Shown here piece after piece: positions 25,723 to 39,079 of a stretch of DNA of 64,000 bases. This DNA comes from Moniliella sp. 'wahieum' (lineage: Eukaryota): NCBI GenBank assembly GCA_003971905.1, contig RSEE01000033.1, forward strand, positions 62,001 to 126,000, read 5' to 3'. Made by a program: the position numbers and the translations under genes. A model generated the notes under the pieces. The model ran no database searches and was not told the DNA's origin. It worked only from the letters and a program-made list of their open reading frames with translations. Positions within the stretch are counted from its first letter, which is position 1; each line of letters begins with the position of its first letter.

Positions 25723-27975
25723 ATGGGCGACCGCCGTCCTTACACCAGCGTCGGGGCAAATGAGTTCTCCCAAACTGGTCTCGGAACGACTTTGCCCGTG
25801 ACCGAATCGAGTTCCACCACACCTCTTCCTTGGGACACCAAGCTGGAGTCACTTCCTGCGGGCAACACCCAGCGCCCCTCGTTCAATAGTAACCGGCAGA
25901 TCAATTTTACGGTGGACACCAACTTACGGATGCATATGGCAAGAATACTGGGGCAACCAACAGTGCCTGCACTAGTACAACCGCCTTTGCGCCCCCTTCG
26001 ACGGTTGAGGATCCACCTTACAGTGTTTTCCCCAAAACGTGGAAAAACGTTATCCTTGGACTGGTCACCATGACCGCATTCCTCAGCCCGATGACAAGCA
26101 ACATCTACATGTCGGCCATTCCCAGTATTGCAAGGGTACGTTCCAACTTCGTGTGGTGCTACTTGATAAATCCCTTGATGGTAACTGACGGACGTACAAT
26201 GGATGCGGCCACATAACAGGACTTAAAGCAACCTCAAGAAAGTATTCAATTGAGCGTAACGGTTTCATGATCGCCCAAGGTCTCAGCCCCATGGTCCTTG
26301 GGTCTAATACGGACAAGTAGGTACCCAACCTGTCCAGTTTGTGTGGCTGAATTGGCCATGTCTATCAAAGTATACTAACCATTTTCTCCCCACAGGACGG
26401 GTCGTAGGCCAGTGTACATCATTTCGCTCGTGATCTATCTGGTGCTTGTATTGGCATGTACCTTCTTCCCAATGCGACCCCTTCCAGCAAAGGGAGTGTG
26501 TACGCTGGCCTCATGGTCCTCCGTGCACTGCAAGCTGTGGGTAGTAGCTCTGTCATGTCAGTTGGCTCTGGTACGGTGGCAGACTTGTTCCCTAGCTCGA
26601 CACGGGCTGGTCCGTTGGGCATCTTTGTTGCTTCCTATTCGGTTGCTCCGGCCATTTCCCCCCTCATTGGCGCTGCCATCACATCAGGTGCCGGTGGCGA
26701 TACATCTTTCTGTTTTGCTTCTGCCTGGCTGCTGTGTGTGCTGTTTCGCTTCTTTTCTTTCTCCCAGAAACGTTACGCAAGCTGGTCGGAAATGGCAGCA
26801 AGCCTGCGCCCACTGTGCTGCATGAGGCTCTATTTTGCCTCCTGACGCGCAAGACAGTGACGCAGCGGACCGGTCAGGCACGTCCTGGTGCCCCTCTTGC
26901 TTGCGACGAATCGCAATTGGAAGGAATGGGGCCTGCCAAGCGCCGTTTTAACCATCTTCTTGTACGGGGCGAAGGATATGCTCTCTTTCACTCCGCTCCG
27001 ATTCTTGTTCATTCCCGAGGTGCTTCTGTGCCTGTTCGGGTACGCCTTCCCCTTTGCGGCGCAGATGATGATCCTTTCCACCATTGCCACCAATTTCGAA
27101 CAACACTATGGCTTTACCGTGATGCAAACGGGGCTCGTCTTCATCAGTACCGGAACGGGAGCCATGCTGGCAGCGTTTGGTACCGGTCGCGTCTTGAACT
27201 GGAACTACCGTCGGATGGCTAACCAGGTCGAGGCAAGGTTGAGGCACGGGGACTTGGAACAGGCTGTGACTGCAGGCGCGGCGCAACCGAACCAACCGGT
27301 CGAGTCGGTGGTAGTGTCCGACAAGCAAATGGATCGGGAGAAGCAAGGCACCATCTCAACGTCTGCCAGTACCGCCCAGCTTTACCTCCAGCGCCAGCCT
27401 CATCGCAACAACAGCTTCGCCTTCAGCCTAAGCCCGTCGGAACCGACGGTGCGAAGGATTTGCGCTTCCCAATTGAGAAGGCGCGTCTGATGTTCTGGCC
27501 CTACATGATTGGTCTGAACGTGGTACGTTCCCTTGCACCCTTGCTTATCCTTTTCTTTCTCCCTATACCGCGGTGGGTACGCCAGACGCTAACGAATTCC
27601 TCCTGTTTGTACTAGGTTGCTACCCTGGCATACGGGTGGTGCATTGGCCGGACGAGTTGTGCAGCGCCGATTGTGTTTTTGTTCCTCAATGGCTTCACCG
27701 TCGGTACGCTCAGCACTATTTTCCAAAACCTCATGCTCGACTTTCTGCCGGGCCGTTCGGCGGGAGTGTCCGCCTCGAGTAACTTTGTTCGTTGTCTTCT
27801 CGGCGCCGCCGGCACAGCCTGCATCGAGTATCTCGTCAGGGCCATCGGGCCTGGTGGCACCTACTCCATCGTCGCCGGTCTTTCCGCCCTCAGTGCACCA
27901 GGAGTGGTTACTATTCTCATCCACGGACCCAAATGGCGTGCCAAACGTTTTGGCCACGAAGCCACGGAGGACTGA
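25723..27975 (+). CDS. MFS drug:H+ antiporter (DHA1, Qdr-like); several introns and frameshifts
   Basis: FLSPMTSNIYMSAIP, GLSPMVLG..TD / TGRRPVYI, LRALQAVGSSSVMSVGSGTVADLF, FFLPETLRKLVGNGS, GLVFISTGTGAMLA, LMLDFLPGRSAGVSASSNFVRCLLGAAG. Confidence 0.9.
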
Positions 27976-28890
27976 TGATGGGAATGAAAAACAAGTCGCC
28001 TTTTCAGCTTCAATTGGACATTCTCTCTGCTCTCTGTCTACTCTCTCCCCCCCCCCCCAACCGCCCATACATGTCACCGTTGTTGGGACTTCTCCGGCTC
28101 GCATTGTCGATTTTTTCCCCTCAGCCCGAGTTCCCTCTCTCTCGCCCCACTCTCACCGGATGATCGTTTTGTACATACCTTCTTGTTCCATCCTGTTCGC
28201 ATGCCCGCTGGACGGGTACACCTGCCTACCAAAATCAGAACAATCACTTGGCTAACTGTGCTTTCACTTATACGTGTGATAGTAGGCTGGTGAGTTGATG
28301 GTGGTAGTGGCATATCAATACGAACTTTTTCTGTCCGCTAGTAGGGAGATCCACGATCTAAAGAGTTCAATGCTAGCACTCTCTCACTTGCAGACACCGC
28401 ACAGACACAAGAATGCGACTGAGATGAGGAGGGGGTGCCTCTCCTTTGCATTAGTTCGCTGACGACTGGAAGGAGGTGAAGCCCATGGATCTTCTTTGCG
28501 GGACAAGAGCATGACTCTTAGTAGTATATACCCTTCTTCGCATCTTACTCTCGCGTACCATGCCTTCGCTCCCAACCGCACATTCTCCATAGTTCTTCTT
28601 AGTTGCGTCATTTTACGTGAAGCAACCCCATTTGGAGCTCACACTGTGGCAAGGAAACAGATAGCATATAGCCTCCGGATCATATGACAACAAGCACAAG
28701 TACACAAACAGAAACCAAGTGGGCCACCGACTCGAAGCAAACCACACCTTCCCCGGTACGAGACATGAGACCTGGGCGGGTGGCGAGGGTGGCCAGAACA
28801 ACAGGGAAAAAAAACTTTTGGATCGCTGCGGACAAAGTTGACGCGGGCGGGGGATCGGGTCGGAGCAGGGAGCAGGGCAGGGAGCAGGAA

Positions 28891-31239
28891 TCAAGGGGCT
28901 GTGCACGGTGCCTTTCGGGGCGAGGGAGCGGGAAAGGAGAGGGGGAGCACTCCTGCTTGGTCTGGAACCAGCGGCGGACAGTTTGGTGTGCCATGCGCTG
29001 AGCGCCTGTGCGGGGTGCCTGGGCGGCGGGTCGAGGGCGACGAGCGGGGTGAGGAAAAAGGGTCCGGCCACCTGGGCCGGAAACACGTCCAGGCCCGCCT
29101 TGAGCGTCGCGATGCGCCCGCGCGCCAGGGCGATCGACGGTGCATGGCCGCTGCCAAGGTGAATCGTAGCGGCATGCGCGTGCAGGCACGCCCACGCAAT
29201 GCCTGTCATGCTTTGCTCGGTCAGTGCCACGCCAGTTTGGCCCGCTTGGATGAGCGTGCCGACGTGGGCTTCGCTGTAGGCCAAGTCGGGCGGCAGCGAG
29301 CCAATCATCTCGTCCACCTCGTCGCGCGCACGCAAGCTCAGTGCCCGTGCCAGCCCGGCCAAGGCTCGTTCCAGCCCCGTTTGGGACGACAGGGCGGACA
29401 GGGAGGCCGAGGGGGCCACGCCGGCGTACAGGCACGCCACGGCATCCAGCGCTGCGATCGCATGGGCAAGTAGCCTCTCTGCCTCGCCGTCGCCAGTTGA
29501 AACCAGGCGCCAGGCACATGTGGTGTCCAGCACCGCTTGGCGCGCCTGTCCGTTTGTCAGTGCGGCCAGGCCAAGAGGGCATAGGTTAGTGGATGACAGG
29601 GCCCGTCGGAGGCAAGGGCCAAGAGGAACCGAGCTGCCTGCGCATGAGCCGTACCTTCCTCCGACGGAAGCGTCGCGGCCAGCAACGCATGGTGTAGCGC
29701 GGGATCCATGTCAAACAAGTATCCGTCCTTGCCATTCTCCGTCTTGGACACTGGCGAAAGACACAAGGCGAGTGGGAATCCAGTCACTTTGAACCGCTCC
29801 AGGAGGTCTTGCTGTTTGGCATGCGGGGGGAGAAGAGCCAGAGCCGACTGCCGAAGCGCTGACTCTACCCCCCTCGCCAGAGCGACGGGCAAGGGCAGTG
29901 GTAGGTTGTTTGCTTGCGCGCTGGCCAGGCCATCCACCAGGCGAAGAAGGGGCCAGAGGTAGAGCACTCGTCCACCCAGTCGTCGTGTCAGAGGCAGCCA
30001 CCGCGCCCGAAGACGGAGGGTTGCCTGCCCTCTCTCCCAAGCTAGGCAAAGAGGAACGGGAGGAGCGCGAGTCACTCGATGCGGATCCCACCAGCGGTGG
30101 CACCACCGACGATGCCCGCCGTTCTGCGTCCGGGGGGGTTAGCACCGAAAGTGGTGGTGTGGCCCCTGATACGGGTTTGGACGGGGCAGCCGCCTCGGCC
30201 AGGACGGCAAGAGCGGAATTGTCCGTGGAAGACGGGCGGGGGGAAGGATGGAGACTGCGAGGACCAAAGGTAGGCAAAGGGGCGCCCAGCTGGCCGGTGG
30301 AAACGCTTCTCCCTACCCCGTGCGGACCAAATGATGTGTCTTCTTCTCCCCGAGTATCCAGCATGGACTGCAGCGAGTAGGAGCTGGGCACTGACTCGGA
30401 CGGCTTGGGCTGGCTGGCCGGAGTCAAGACCCCAGCTTCGTCGCTGCAAGGCACATATCGTCAGTCGCTGCTTCTTCTAGAGGAGGGTGGGGATAGGGAG
30501 GGGGGGGAGGCATGAAAGACTCACTAGTACTGGCACACTTTGCCGTTGAAGACACAATTACCACAAGGCTGTTTTCGGTCGCAGCGACGCTTGGCTTTGT
30601 GGCACGAAGTACAGGAGCGCTGCGAGCGCTTTCGCTTGCCCCGTTGTGGCACATAGGGCATATCCCATCCTTCGCCCCCGCCGCAAAGCTGGGCGGGGCT
30701 TCCCGTAGTACCGAGGGGTCAGTGGGAGCTTGGCTTAATGGTGCAGGCGGGGCTGACGAAGTAGGCGACACATTGCCGAGCGGGGGAGGAGGGAGATGAC
30801 GGTGTACGTCGACGGTAGGCAGCTGGGCACGGGTGTGGGGGCTAGAGGCACCGGACCAGGCAGGCGTCGTCGACCCACTCGTCTCGGTCACGGTAGCCAG
30901 CAGGCTGGCACGGACAAACGATCTGCGTGCTTGTGGCAAATCGTCCGACCAGCGATGCGGCCGCGGAAAGGGGCGGTCGGACCATCCGTTGAAGGGGAGA
31001 AAGCATGGGGCGCGGGCGGGGGCAGGGCAGGCCGAGAGAGGTAGAAAGCTGGAGGCAGCGGATGGGATGGATGCACGGTGGGCGCCCGCCGAGGGCGGTG
31101 GCAGAGCGGTGGATGGGAAAGAGGAGCGAGGAGCGGGGGGGAAGGTGGAGGGCGCGGCGCTGTGTCGGCGAGGAGCACGACGTGAGCTGGTCAATGGCGG
31201 GAGGGGCGTCTCTGCGGGCTCCAACCGAGTGGGCGTCAT
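28891..31239 (-). CDS. Zn(II)2Cys6 fungal transcription factor; frameshifted, ends approximate
   Basis: KRKRSQRSCTSCHKAKRRCDRKQPCGNCVFNGKVCQY at ~30525-30637 (not shown in the ORF track); intron 30444-30524 (GTGAGT..CTGAC..CAG) joins it to YDEAGVLTP. Confidence 0.88.
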
Positions 31240-33699
31240 GGATGGAGGGCAGGGTGGGGGGGCGCCCGTGTGGGGCTGGGGGCGTGCGGCGGCGGGCAGG
31301 GGGCGATGTGGGGGTGTGGTGGGGCAGGGGCGGGCGGGTGCGTGGAGCGGCCGTGCGTGCGGCGGCGTATCGTGGACGGCAGGGGCGGTGGCGACGAGGT
31401 CATGATGGCGGGGGGTGGGGGCGCGGGGGGCAGGCGGCGGGGCGGGGCGCGCGTGCTATTATATGCGTCCGGGCGGGGGCAGTGGGGGGCCGGAGGCGGG
31501 GGCAGGAGTGGCGGATCGGATGCGGCGACAGTGGCGTGCTGGGCTTCTTTGGGGCAGGGGGTATGCCCGCATGCGGTGCGTCGCGGGGGGCCGAGCATCG
31601 CGGGGTAGCCGCCCGCACCAGCGCGCAGCGGCGCGGATACGGGCCGACGCCGCGGAAAGAAGACCGTTACATGTCTCACGCGCGTCCCCGCCCCCCGCTG
31701 GCCCCGCGTGGGCCACGCAGGCGCCGTGCCGCCCCGCACGGGGTGTCGCCTGGTGTCGCACCTGGGGCAGCCCAGCGCGGACAGCGCCGCCGCACCCATC
31801 GCTGCCAGGCGGCGTGGCCCAAGCGACGCAGCCCGACACGGGCGCCGTGCCTCCTCCGGACCAGGGGGCTGCAGTGTGGAGCGGCGGCCGACGCAGGCCA
31901 GACCAGCAGGCGTGGCGGCGAGCCAGTGAGCCAGTGAGCCAGGGAGCCAGGGCGGCGCGTTCGATCGCAACGGCCTGCCTGCTGGCTCTACTAACCCCCA
32001 TGTGCCCGAGCCGGCCCGCTGGGCGGAGCGTGTTGGATGGTGCCTAGCGCGCTGGAAGCGCTCGTTGACGATGCAGGGTGGCCACATCACATGCATCCCA
32101 CGTACCCACATCCTCTTAATGCCGCCGGCCCGTGAAAGGACGGCAGCGGGTGCTGTGGTTGGCCAGGTAAGAAAGAGGGACCAGTGAACTGATGCATGGT
32201 GCATGATGCATGATGCATCATGCCATGCATCGTCAGCCGGCAGTAACAGCAGCAGCCCCAGCCAGAGACAGGCGGGGGGCCGCATGCCTCGGCTTCGTCC
32301 CGCCTTGTCCGCCGCCGCCGGTCGCCAGACCCGACACACTGGCCCCTGCTGCGTGGACATTTGTCTCCGTTGGACGATGGCGTCTCCGCAGGCGCACAAG
32401 CACGGCCATAGCCGATCGTCCATGGCTTCGCAGCACGAGCAGCAATCTCCACCACGACGACGCACGACGCAAGAACAATTAACGTAATTAACGTGCAACC
32501 CGCCCGGGACGATGAATGGTCGCATCACCCATCCATCACGAGGCAGCCTGCCATTGGACGCTTTTTGCCATACGCTCTCCCCTCGGGCCTCAATATGAGG
32601 CCTCAGGCCTCACTCCTCGCTCCTCAATCACCGCATGCCCTCCGTCACCCGCGTCATCAGTGCCTCGCTTCAGCAGGCTCTTCATCACGCACGCTTCCCC
32701 GCGTCCTCCCCACATATCCGCCAGCAGTTGCCGCGTTTGGCCGCAGCCCCCGCCGTCGTCGTGCTGCGGTACTTGATGCAAGCACCAGATCTCAGATGAT
32801 CATCGTGCCGCATTTTCCCACCCCTCTCTGCATCGAGTCGTGCCAAGCCGATCCGCTGAGGGCGCCGTCAATGATTTGTAGGCAAGACCTAATTCCCCGC
32901 CCCCGCCCCTGGGATCCCTTCGCGCTAAGCTGGGTGCCATACGCCCACGATAACTTAGCCCACACATGCGGCATGCATTGCACAACCAATTAAACAACGG
33001 AGGACAGGAAAAAAGAAATATACACTGCTTATTGCTGCTGCTACGCCAAATCCTTCTTTCCCCGCCGAGATCAGAGAGATAATATAGTTGACGTGTGTGT
33101 TGAGTAAACGTACCAGTAAACACGCACACACATATGCACGCCCAACTACTAAACACACTACAGAAGATCTCGGCTTAGTTCTCGAAGATTTTACATGGCA
33201 GCCAAGCCAGCTGATGACGGAAGGTTGCGTACCGTCATAAACGGGTGATGCACACTATACTACAGAAGCGACAACGCATGGGGAAGAATTAATACCATCA
33301 TCAAAGGAGGAACTGCATCGACACAACAGTTGGATATGAGCAAGGGGAAAAATGACAAGAACGCTAAGGGCGATGAGAGCTGAGGGACGAAGTGCTGAGT
33401 ATCATCACATAACATGCATCACTCCAGAGTCTTCTTACCTCTGGTCGTAACACACATTTTGTTGCTACTGGGTGGCCAGCAGGTCCCCCTCTGCTGCTCT
33501 GGCGGGATGACGCGACATAGCCGGACTCAAAGCTTGCATCACAACTGCCAGACGGTCGTCCTTTGCCGTTCGACTCTCCCTTGCTCCCGCAGCGGCGCGA
33601 GAGTCTAGTATATAGCGTCATAGAATTGGTATCAATCTCCCCGTCTCACCACTGTTTGGCTGATCTCGCTCCCACTGTTTCCAATTTCTTCGTCCCGAG

Positions 33700-35780
33700 C
33701 GTCTCGTTCCTTCCCTGTTCTTCCGCTTTTTCCCACCGTATGCCATCTGTTCCTGCTTTCTTCCCCCACGAACGATTGCCATATCCCTTGCCTAGTCCCG
33801 ACTCTGGTCTCAATCTCCTTAGCCCCGACAGCAATGTGAGGCGCCCTTTTCCTTTGTTTTCTATTATATACGAGGAGGACCACCGGCCTACGGCCCGGTC
33901 GGCTGGGCTTCGCCCCAGCACGGTGCTGCGTCGCCACCTTAGCCACCGTTCCCCTTCGCCACCTTAGCCACCGTTCCCCCTTCGCCACCTTAGCCACCGT
34001 TCCCCCGTCGCTACCGTTCCACGGTGGAACCCTTCCACGCTGGAGAGGGCAAATAATATCACCGATACTCTGGCCGCGGGTGGCTGGGAACGTGTCACGG
34101 GGCAGCTGATGTAAAAAGTGCAGGCCAACCAACCGATTTTATTGGGCGACCCCCTCGCCCCCTTTTTCTTCTCCATCGCAGTGCGGCCCACGCTAGAGAA
34201 GTTGAGAGATGCTCTGCCGCCGGGGCACCTGGTGATGGCATACCTGGACGACATTACGATTTTCGGTCCAGGGCCAGGCATTACCGGCCAAGCCGCGGAG
34301 ATTTTGGAAGACGACGCGTCAGGCCTCAAGCTCAACCTGCGCAAGTGTGTCGAGCGGGACCGGGACCAGATTCGGGAGGATGGTCTGCAGGTCCTGGGCA
34401 CTTGTGTGGGAGGGGTAGACTGTCGTCGATCGTGGCTCCGGGCCCAACTGGCCAGTCTGAGGGAGAACATGCCTAAGTTTGATGGCATCACCCGCCAGGG
34501 ACGCCTCTTACTATGGCGGCTCAGCACTCAGACCAAGCTGCGCCACCTGCTCCGCACCATGCAGATGGAAGGAGAGCTAGACGACGTGCTGGCCGAGATT
34601 GATGCCTTCATCTGTACGGAGTTCAGACGGATCCGGGGCGACGAGGATCCCCAAGTGCCAAGGACGACCACTTCGACATGCTCATGAGCCTGCCTCTTCG
34701 GCTGGGAGGATATGGCAGCCCGCTTTACTCGTATATCGCGCCCCACGCCCGTGCCGCGGCCAACGAGGTCAACGACTATCTTATTACCACTTATGTTGAC
34801 GTTCGGGACCGCAAACGGCAAGGGCCAACGCATTTACGAAGCAACGGCAGCGCTGCCGCGAGATGTGGGAGCAAAGTCGACAGGAGCTGCTCCAGAAGCT
34901 GGACGCTGCCGATGGTCGCCATGTGGTTGAGCACAGCAACCCGCTGAGCACAACTGGCTCTCTGCCATTCCGTCCGTCCCGTACCTCAAGCTCTCCGACC
35001 AGCAGGTCCAGGTTGGTCTCCAGCCCGCACGCTGTGCCGCACCACGCGCAGCATGTGCAAGTGCGGGGTCATGTCCTCGCTGGAGCACATCATGTCTTGC
35101 ACCCGCTCCCAGGCCAAGTTTGGTGCGTTGCATGACGCAGTGCGGGAGCCATTCTCCAGCTCCTACGCTCCATCCCCGACACCATGTCCGCAACGAACCT
35201 ATGGTGGAGGACGAGGATGGGAGAAGACAGAGGACGCAGCGCACCGACTACCGCGTGATGGGGCCCGGAGCACTCGGAGGATCAGGAATGGAGGTAGACC
35301 ACACGCTGCGCGACACGGGATCACTGGCGGCGCAGAGCGCGTTCCGGAGGGTGGTGCAGGAGAGCACCGCAACCCCCTTGGAACGCCGGGAGAAGGAGCT
35401 GCTCGGAGCTTGAAACAAGCAGAATGCGACGAGAACGCCAAGTACCAGGGACGCACTCAAGAGCCGTTTTCCCCCTGATTTGACGACGCGAGGATACTAC
35501 GGCACCAAGACGGCGGGCAAGTTGTTCGCGCATTGGAAGGAGTTGGCTACTAAGTCTCAGTGGAAATGGTTCCTCGCTCGGATGTCAACCACGTTCCTCC
35601 GTGTCCACACGCGCTTCCTAGGGTACGGGACCGGATGGCGTGAGCCGAGGGTCCTGATATCCTGGCGATCCCCCTGGTCCCTTGACCCTGGTGGCGCCCC
35701 CAAGTAACCCCCGCAAGATGACGGTTAGGTTTAGACGTAGCGTTCCCCCTGTCCCAGCCTAAGCTCTGTCAATGAAATGG
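33700..35780 (+). mobile_element. Non-LTR retrotransposon with restriction-like endonuclease (CRE clade, Cnl1/MoTeR-like), N-terminal RT missing
   Basis: GDPLAPFFFS (~34146), AYLDD (34241), GLKLNLRKC, LPLRLGGYG, CKCG..EHIMSC, LHDAVR, EP..RTDY..EVD, E..KY, ILTTRG. 5' boundary uncertain. Confidence 0.85.
33933..34020. repeat. ~26-nt tandem repeat (GCCACCTTAGCCACCGTTCCCC..) x3 in the 5' part of the non-LTR element
   Basis: Three near-identical units read directly. Confidence 0.9.
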
Positions 35781-36749
35781 ACGTGACTTAGAGATTCTCT
35801 TAATTCTCCCTCGATCCACTTTCCACTTCCTGCCACTCGGGCCTCACTCGGAGCCAGCAAGCGATATTTGCACTCGTCTATAGCTCTCCGTTCTCATTCC
35901 TCTTACATGGCCTTCTTCTGAGCCATTTATAGTCAGAAGGATCATGGTCTCTTCATCAGAGTACTATATGCCCCAAGATTACCAACAAATGGTTTTGCAC
36001 ACTCACACTGCCTAACGGAGATGGTTCGGCCACATGCAAGCTAATCACGCGCATTCGCATCCAATCGCGCTGCGTCTCATATTATATTGGGTTTGAAGCC
36101 CTTCTTCGGGCTTCGTCATTTCCTTTCACCATTGCCTTCCTGATTGGATTGATACTAAGCTAACACAGGGCCCGCTGGATGCGCGAACCTAGGGGGACAG
36201 CCTGCCCTCGTCCCTCTCTTAGACTTTGCCAGCGTTATGGATGCAATATCATATGGTCTTGAATATGGAGCAGCGGAGAGTTGTGTGGACATTCGGGAGG
36301 AATACAATGCTCCCGGAAGCACGCATCTCACCCAGTACCTTCAATTATGGTGCCAGATGACGGTATTTCTACACTGATGAGACCTGGAATCCAGATGGTC
36401 CTCGAAGGTGATGCAATCGCACTAGTGGTGGTGGTGGTGGTCTAATCCAACCAGCAACGCCTACAGAGGAACATCAAGCAGCGAGTCGCCACCAGGGGCT
36501 AGCCAGGCTGCGGAACAAGGAAAAACAGGAGAGAAAAACAACGGAACCCTAGGCCTGAGGAGGAACTGAAGGGACATTGGCCAAAGCACGAGCCCTGATG
36601 GCTCAACATACACTTTCTAATGGATCTCGTCCCGTATAAGATGTAAGATCTGTTGTGACATGTCAGATCTGAGAGTGCACGCAGGGACTCGACGAGTAAT
36701 CTGGCACGACAGAGCTGGATACAACACGCTCTTATTGGCAAGGATTCCG

Positions 36750-37215
36750 CTATATTGTCCAGCTACATTACCATGCGCCAACATTCTGGCACTGGGGTAG
36801 CCATCGACGCTGTGAGAGGATTGTTGGCCTGTATACAACATATACAGAACGTGAGTGGCCGGTCAAAAGCCGGCCAAGCTTCAAAAAGGACAACTGTCCA
36901 AAGTGTTCAACAGTCAGGAAGGCGTCTCTCCGGTGACTACAGCGAGACACAGTCTCTTCTCCGTGAGGGGGCAGCATGCAATATGGTCGATCTCACCGCG
37001 CCATCAGAGAGGGAAGAGCAGAACAACAAACCAGGAGGGGCCCTCAGGCCTCATACCCATTGATGGAAGGGACCACCGTCAGTCCACTCTTCAAAAGTGG
37101 GATGTAAGACCGGAGGAACCCAAGGGGTTGGGTGATGAACCTCTGGAAATGTAGAGCAATGCAATCGCGGTGGTGGTAGTTGAGGTCTAAGCCTTATGCC
37201 ACACCTAGAGGAGAC
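36750..37215 (+). mobile_element. Degenerate 3' remnant of a CRE-like element
   Basis: IDAVRGLL, GDYS, MVDLT, EREEQNNK, TLQKW in the same order as the C-terminus of the 34-35 kb copy. Confidence 0.4.
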
Positions 37216-39079
37216 AGGGGTTCAAACAAGCCGAGTATACACGTGGAGGCTTCGGAGGTCAAATAAGGGGCGAAGGGTGATGAGGCGCCTTGGCCTATGT
37301 ACGGGATCGCGGGTCCCAACATGAGAACGAAGAGAAGGACCCTCTCCATGCCGGATACCATTATGCATTACTGGAAGTACATTGTCTCTCATTAACGAAG
37401 ACGCCACGCGTGTGGACCACAGCGTTTCGTCATAGTATACCGACGAAGATCCAAGGACCAAACGCACCACGGTTTCTGTTGGTGGATTTTCTGTGATGCC
37501 TCAAATGCATTTTGCGGCCGAACTCCACCGAAAGAAAAACATTGATTGGGCTGTGGAGGCGTGTGAAGAGCGTTTATCGCAACACACACCAAAGAAGTTC
37601 TCTTGCATAGCTAATCGAAAATGCCAGTAACAAGGTTCCGGATAGATATGTGAGGACTACGTACGAAATTCAAGGTGGGCAAGGCCCACAAGATTGTGCA
37701 CCAGAAATTTCGATTAGCCATGCCATGGAGGGCCGTATTACACGATACTTATTGTTCACTTCGGATTGCAGGTGGCCGAGGCGGAAGAGAATTCGCTGCC
37801 ACTAATGACCACTGCCAACGAATTACGTTTTGTAAGTCTTTGAGCGTGGAAGAGAGGGGTGGGTGCGGGTAATGGTTAGGGCCTTCATCTCAAAATGGCA
37901 CACTCATGAACTTGTGATGTCCAATGTTTTGTGGAGTTTAATTGGTTTTTGATAAGCTCGACTTTCTCGACAATCGCGCTTGATAGATATCGATACGGGG
38001 GACAAGATGGCCCAGGTGGTGATGCCACTGGATGGAAGGCCCTGGAAGATCGAGCGGGAGCAAAAGATCGTTTCTCGAAACACGCTGCGCCAGCCTTACA
38101 CGTCAGGTTACACATTGGTTGTCGATTCCACGCCAACTTGACACATTTCAAAGACAAGAGTGAAAGCCACTGGGCTCGCCGACTTCGATGATCGAACTTT
38201 ATCAGTTAAGCTTGATGGTGGTCGTGGCACTGGATGGGTGTCCACAGCCGGCATGCGCCGAGAACAGTTTCTGATGTCAGAGATCTCTGATCTCCGCCCT
38301 GAGCCTCAGGCGTCAGAGATCTCCTCCCTCAGATCTCCGCCCTTCGCTCCGCTGGTCTGCGCTCTCCGCTTGTTGAAAACGTTGACCTCCGAGTGCTGCT
38401 GCTGAGACGCTGAGGCTCAGCAGGCTCTGCGCGCCCAACACGTTGAACGTTGACGTTGACGTTGACACAGGCTGACGCTGAGCAGGCAGCCGACTGCTGA
38501 GCGCTGCTGAGCGCTGACTACTAATATGACCAGCTTGAACGTCTCGAACGCTTCACCACGTTTACTACTTGCAATCAATTGGAACACAGCCATTCACCAC
38601 CCCCGGCTGAATCATCCACTCATCGACCATCGATCATCGTTTGGGTTTGCGCTTCACGCTTCACGCTTCAAGCCTATCTCGCTGTTCCGTCGTGTTTGCC
38701 GTGTTTCCGATTGCAGCTGTAAGGGTGTTGCTCTGGCAGCCACCGGGACTGCTCACCGGTCACCGGTCACCGCTGGTAGCACCGCATTCAGTCTGAATAT
38801 TCAGGCCGCGTACTGATTCATAATTGCCTTCGAGAGTCTCCAAGTAAGTCACTAGCTATCTACAGCCATCCTGAAAGTACCTATACCGGCCGTATTAACC
38901 CGCCATCCCCCATTACTTGTACTTCCTCCCGTCTCTCCTGGGTTCTCGTCTGCCTCCCTCGCACCACCACCACCCACCTCATCTTCCCCAACTGCACCGT
39001 GGCTCTCTCTGGGTCTGAGGAACGTTCGGTTGCGGCGACAGCGCAAGCTCTTACTTTTTTATCCCTCTCCCGAGTCCCC

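Noticed and set aside
31005..32528. Long Gly/Arg/Pro-rich ORFs on both strands (also 6225-7195 and 16309-17146)
   Set aside because: No recognisable domains; stop codons are rare in very GC-rich promoter or UTR sequence.
33500..33610. B-box-like GTTCGACTC and a GACTCTC/GAGAGTC stem suggesting a tRNA, SINE head or ribozyme
   Set aside because: No cloverleaf, convincing A box or ribozyme fold could be built by eye.
33933..34020. Short direct repeats as a CRISPR-like array
   Set aside because: No spacers, no cas genes, eukaryotic context.
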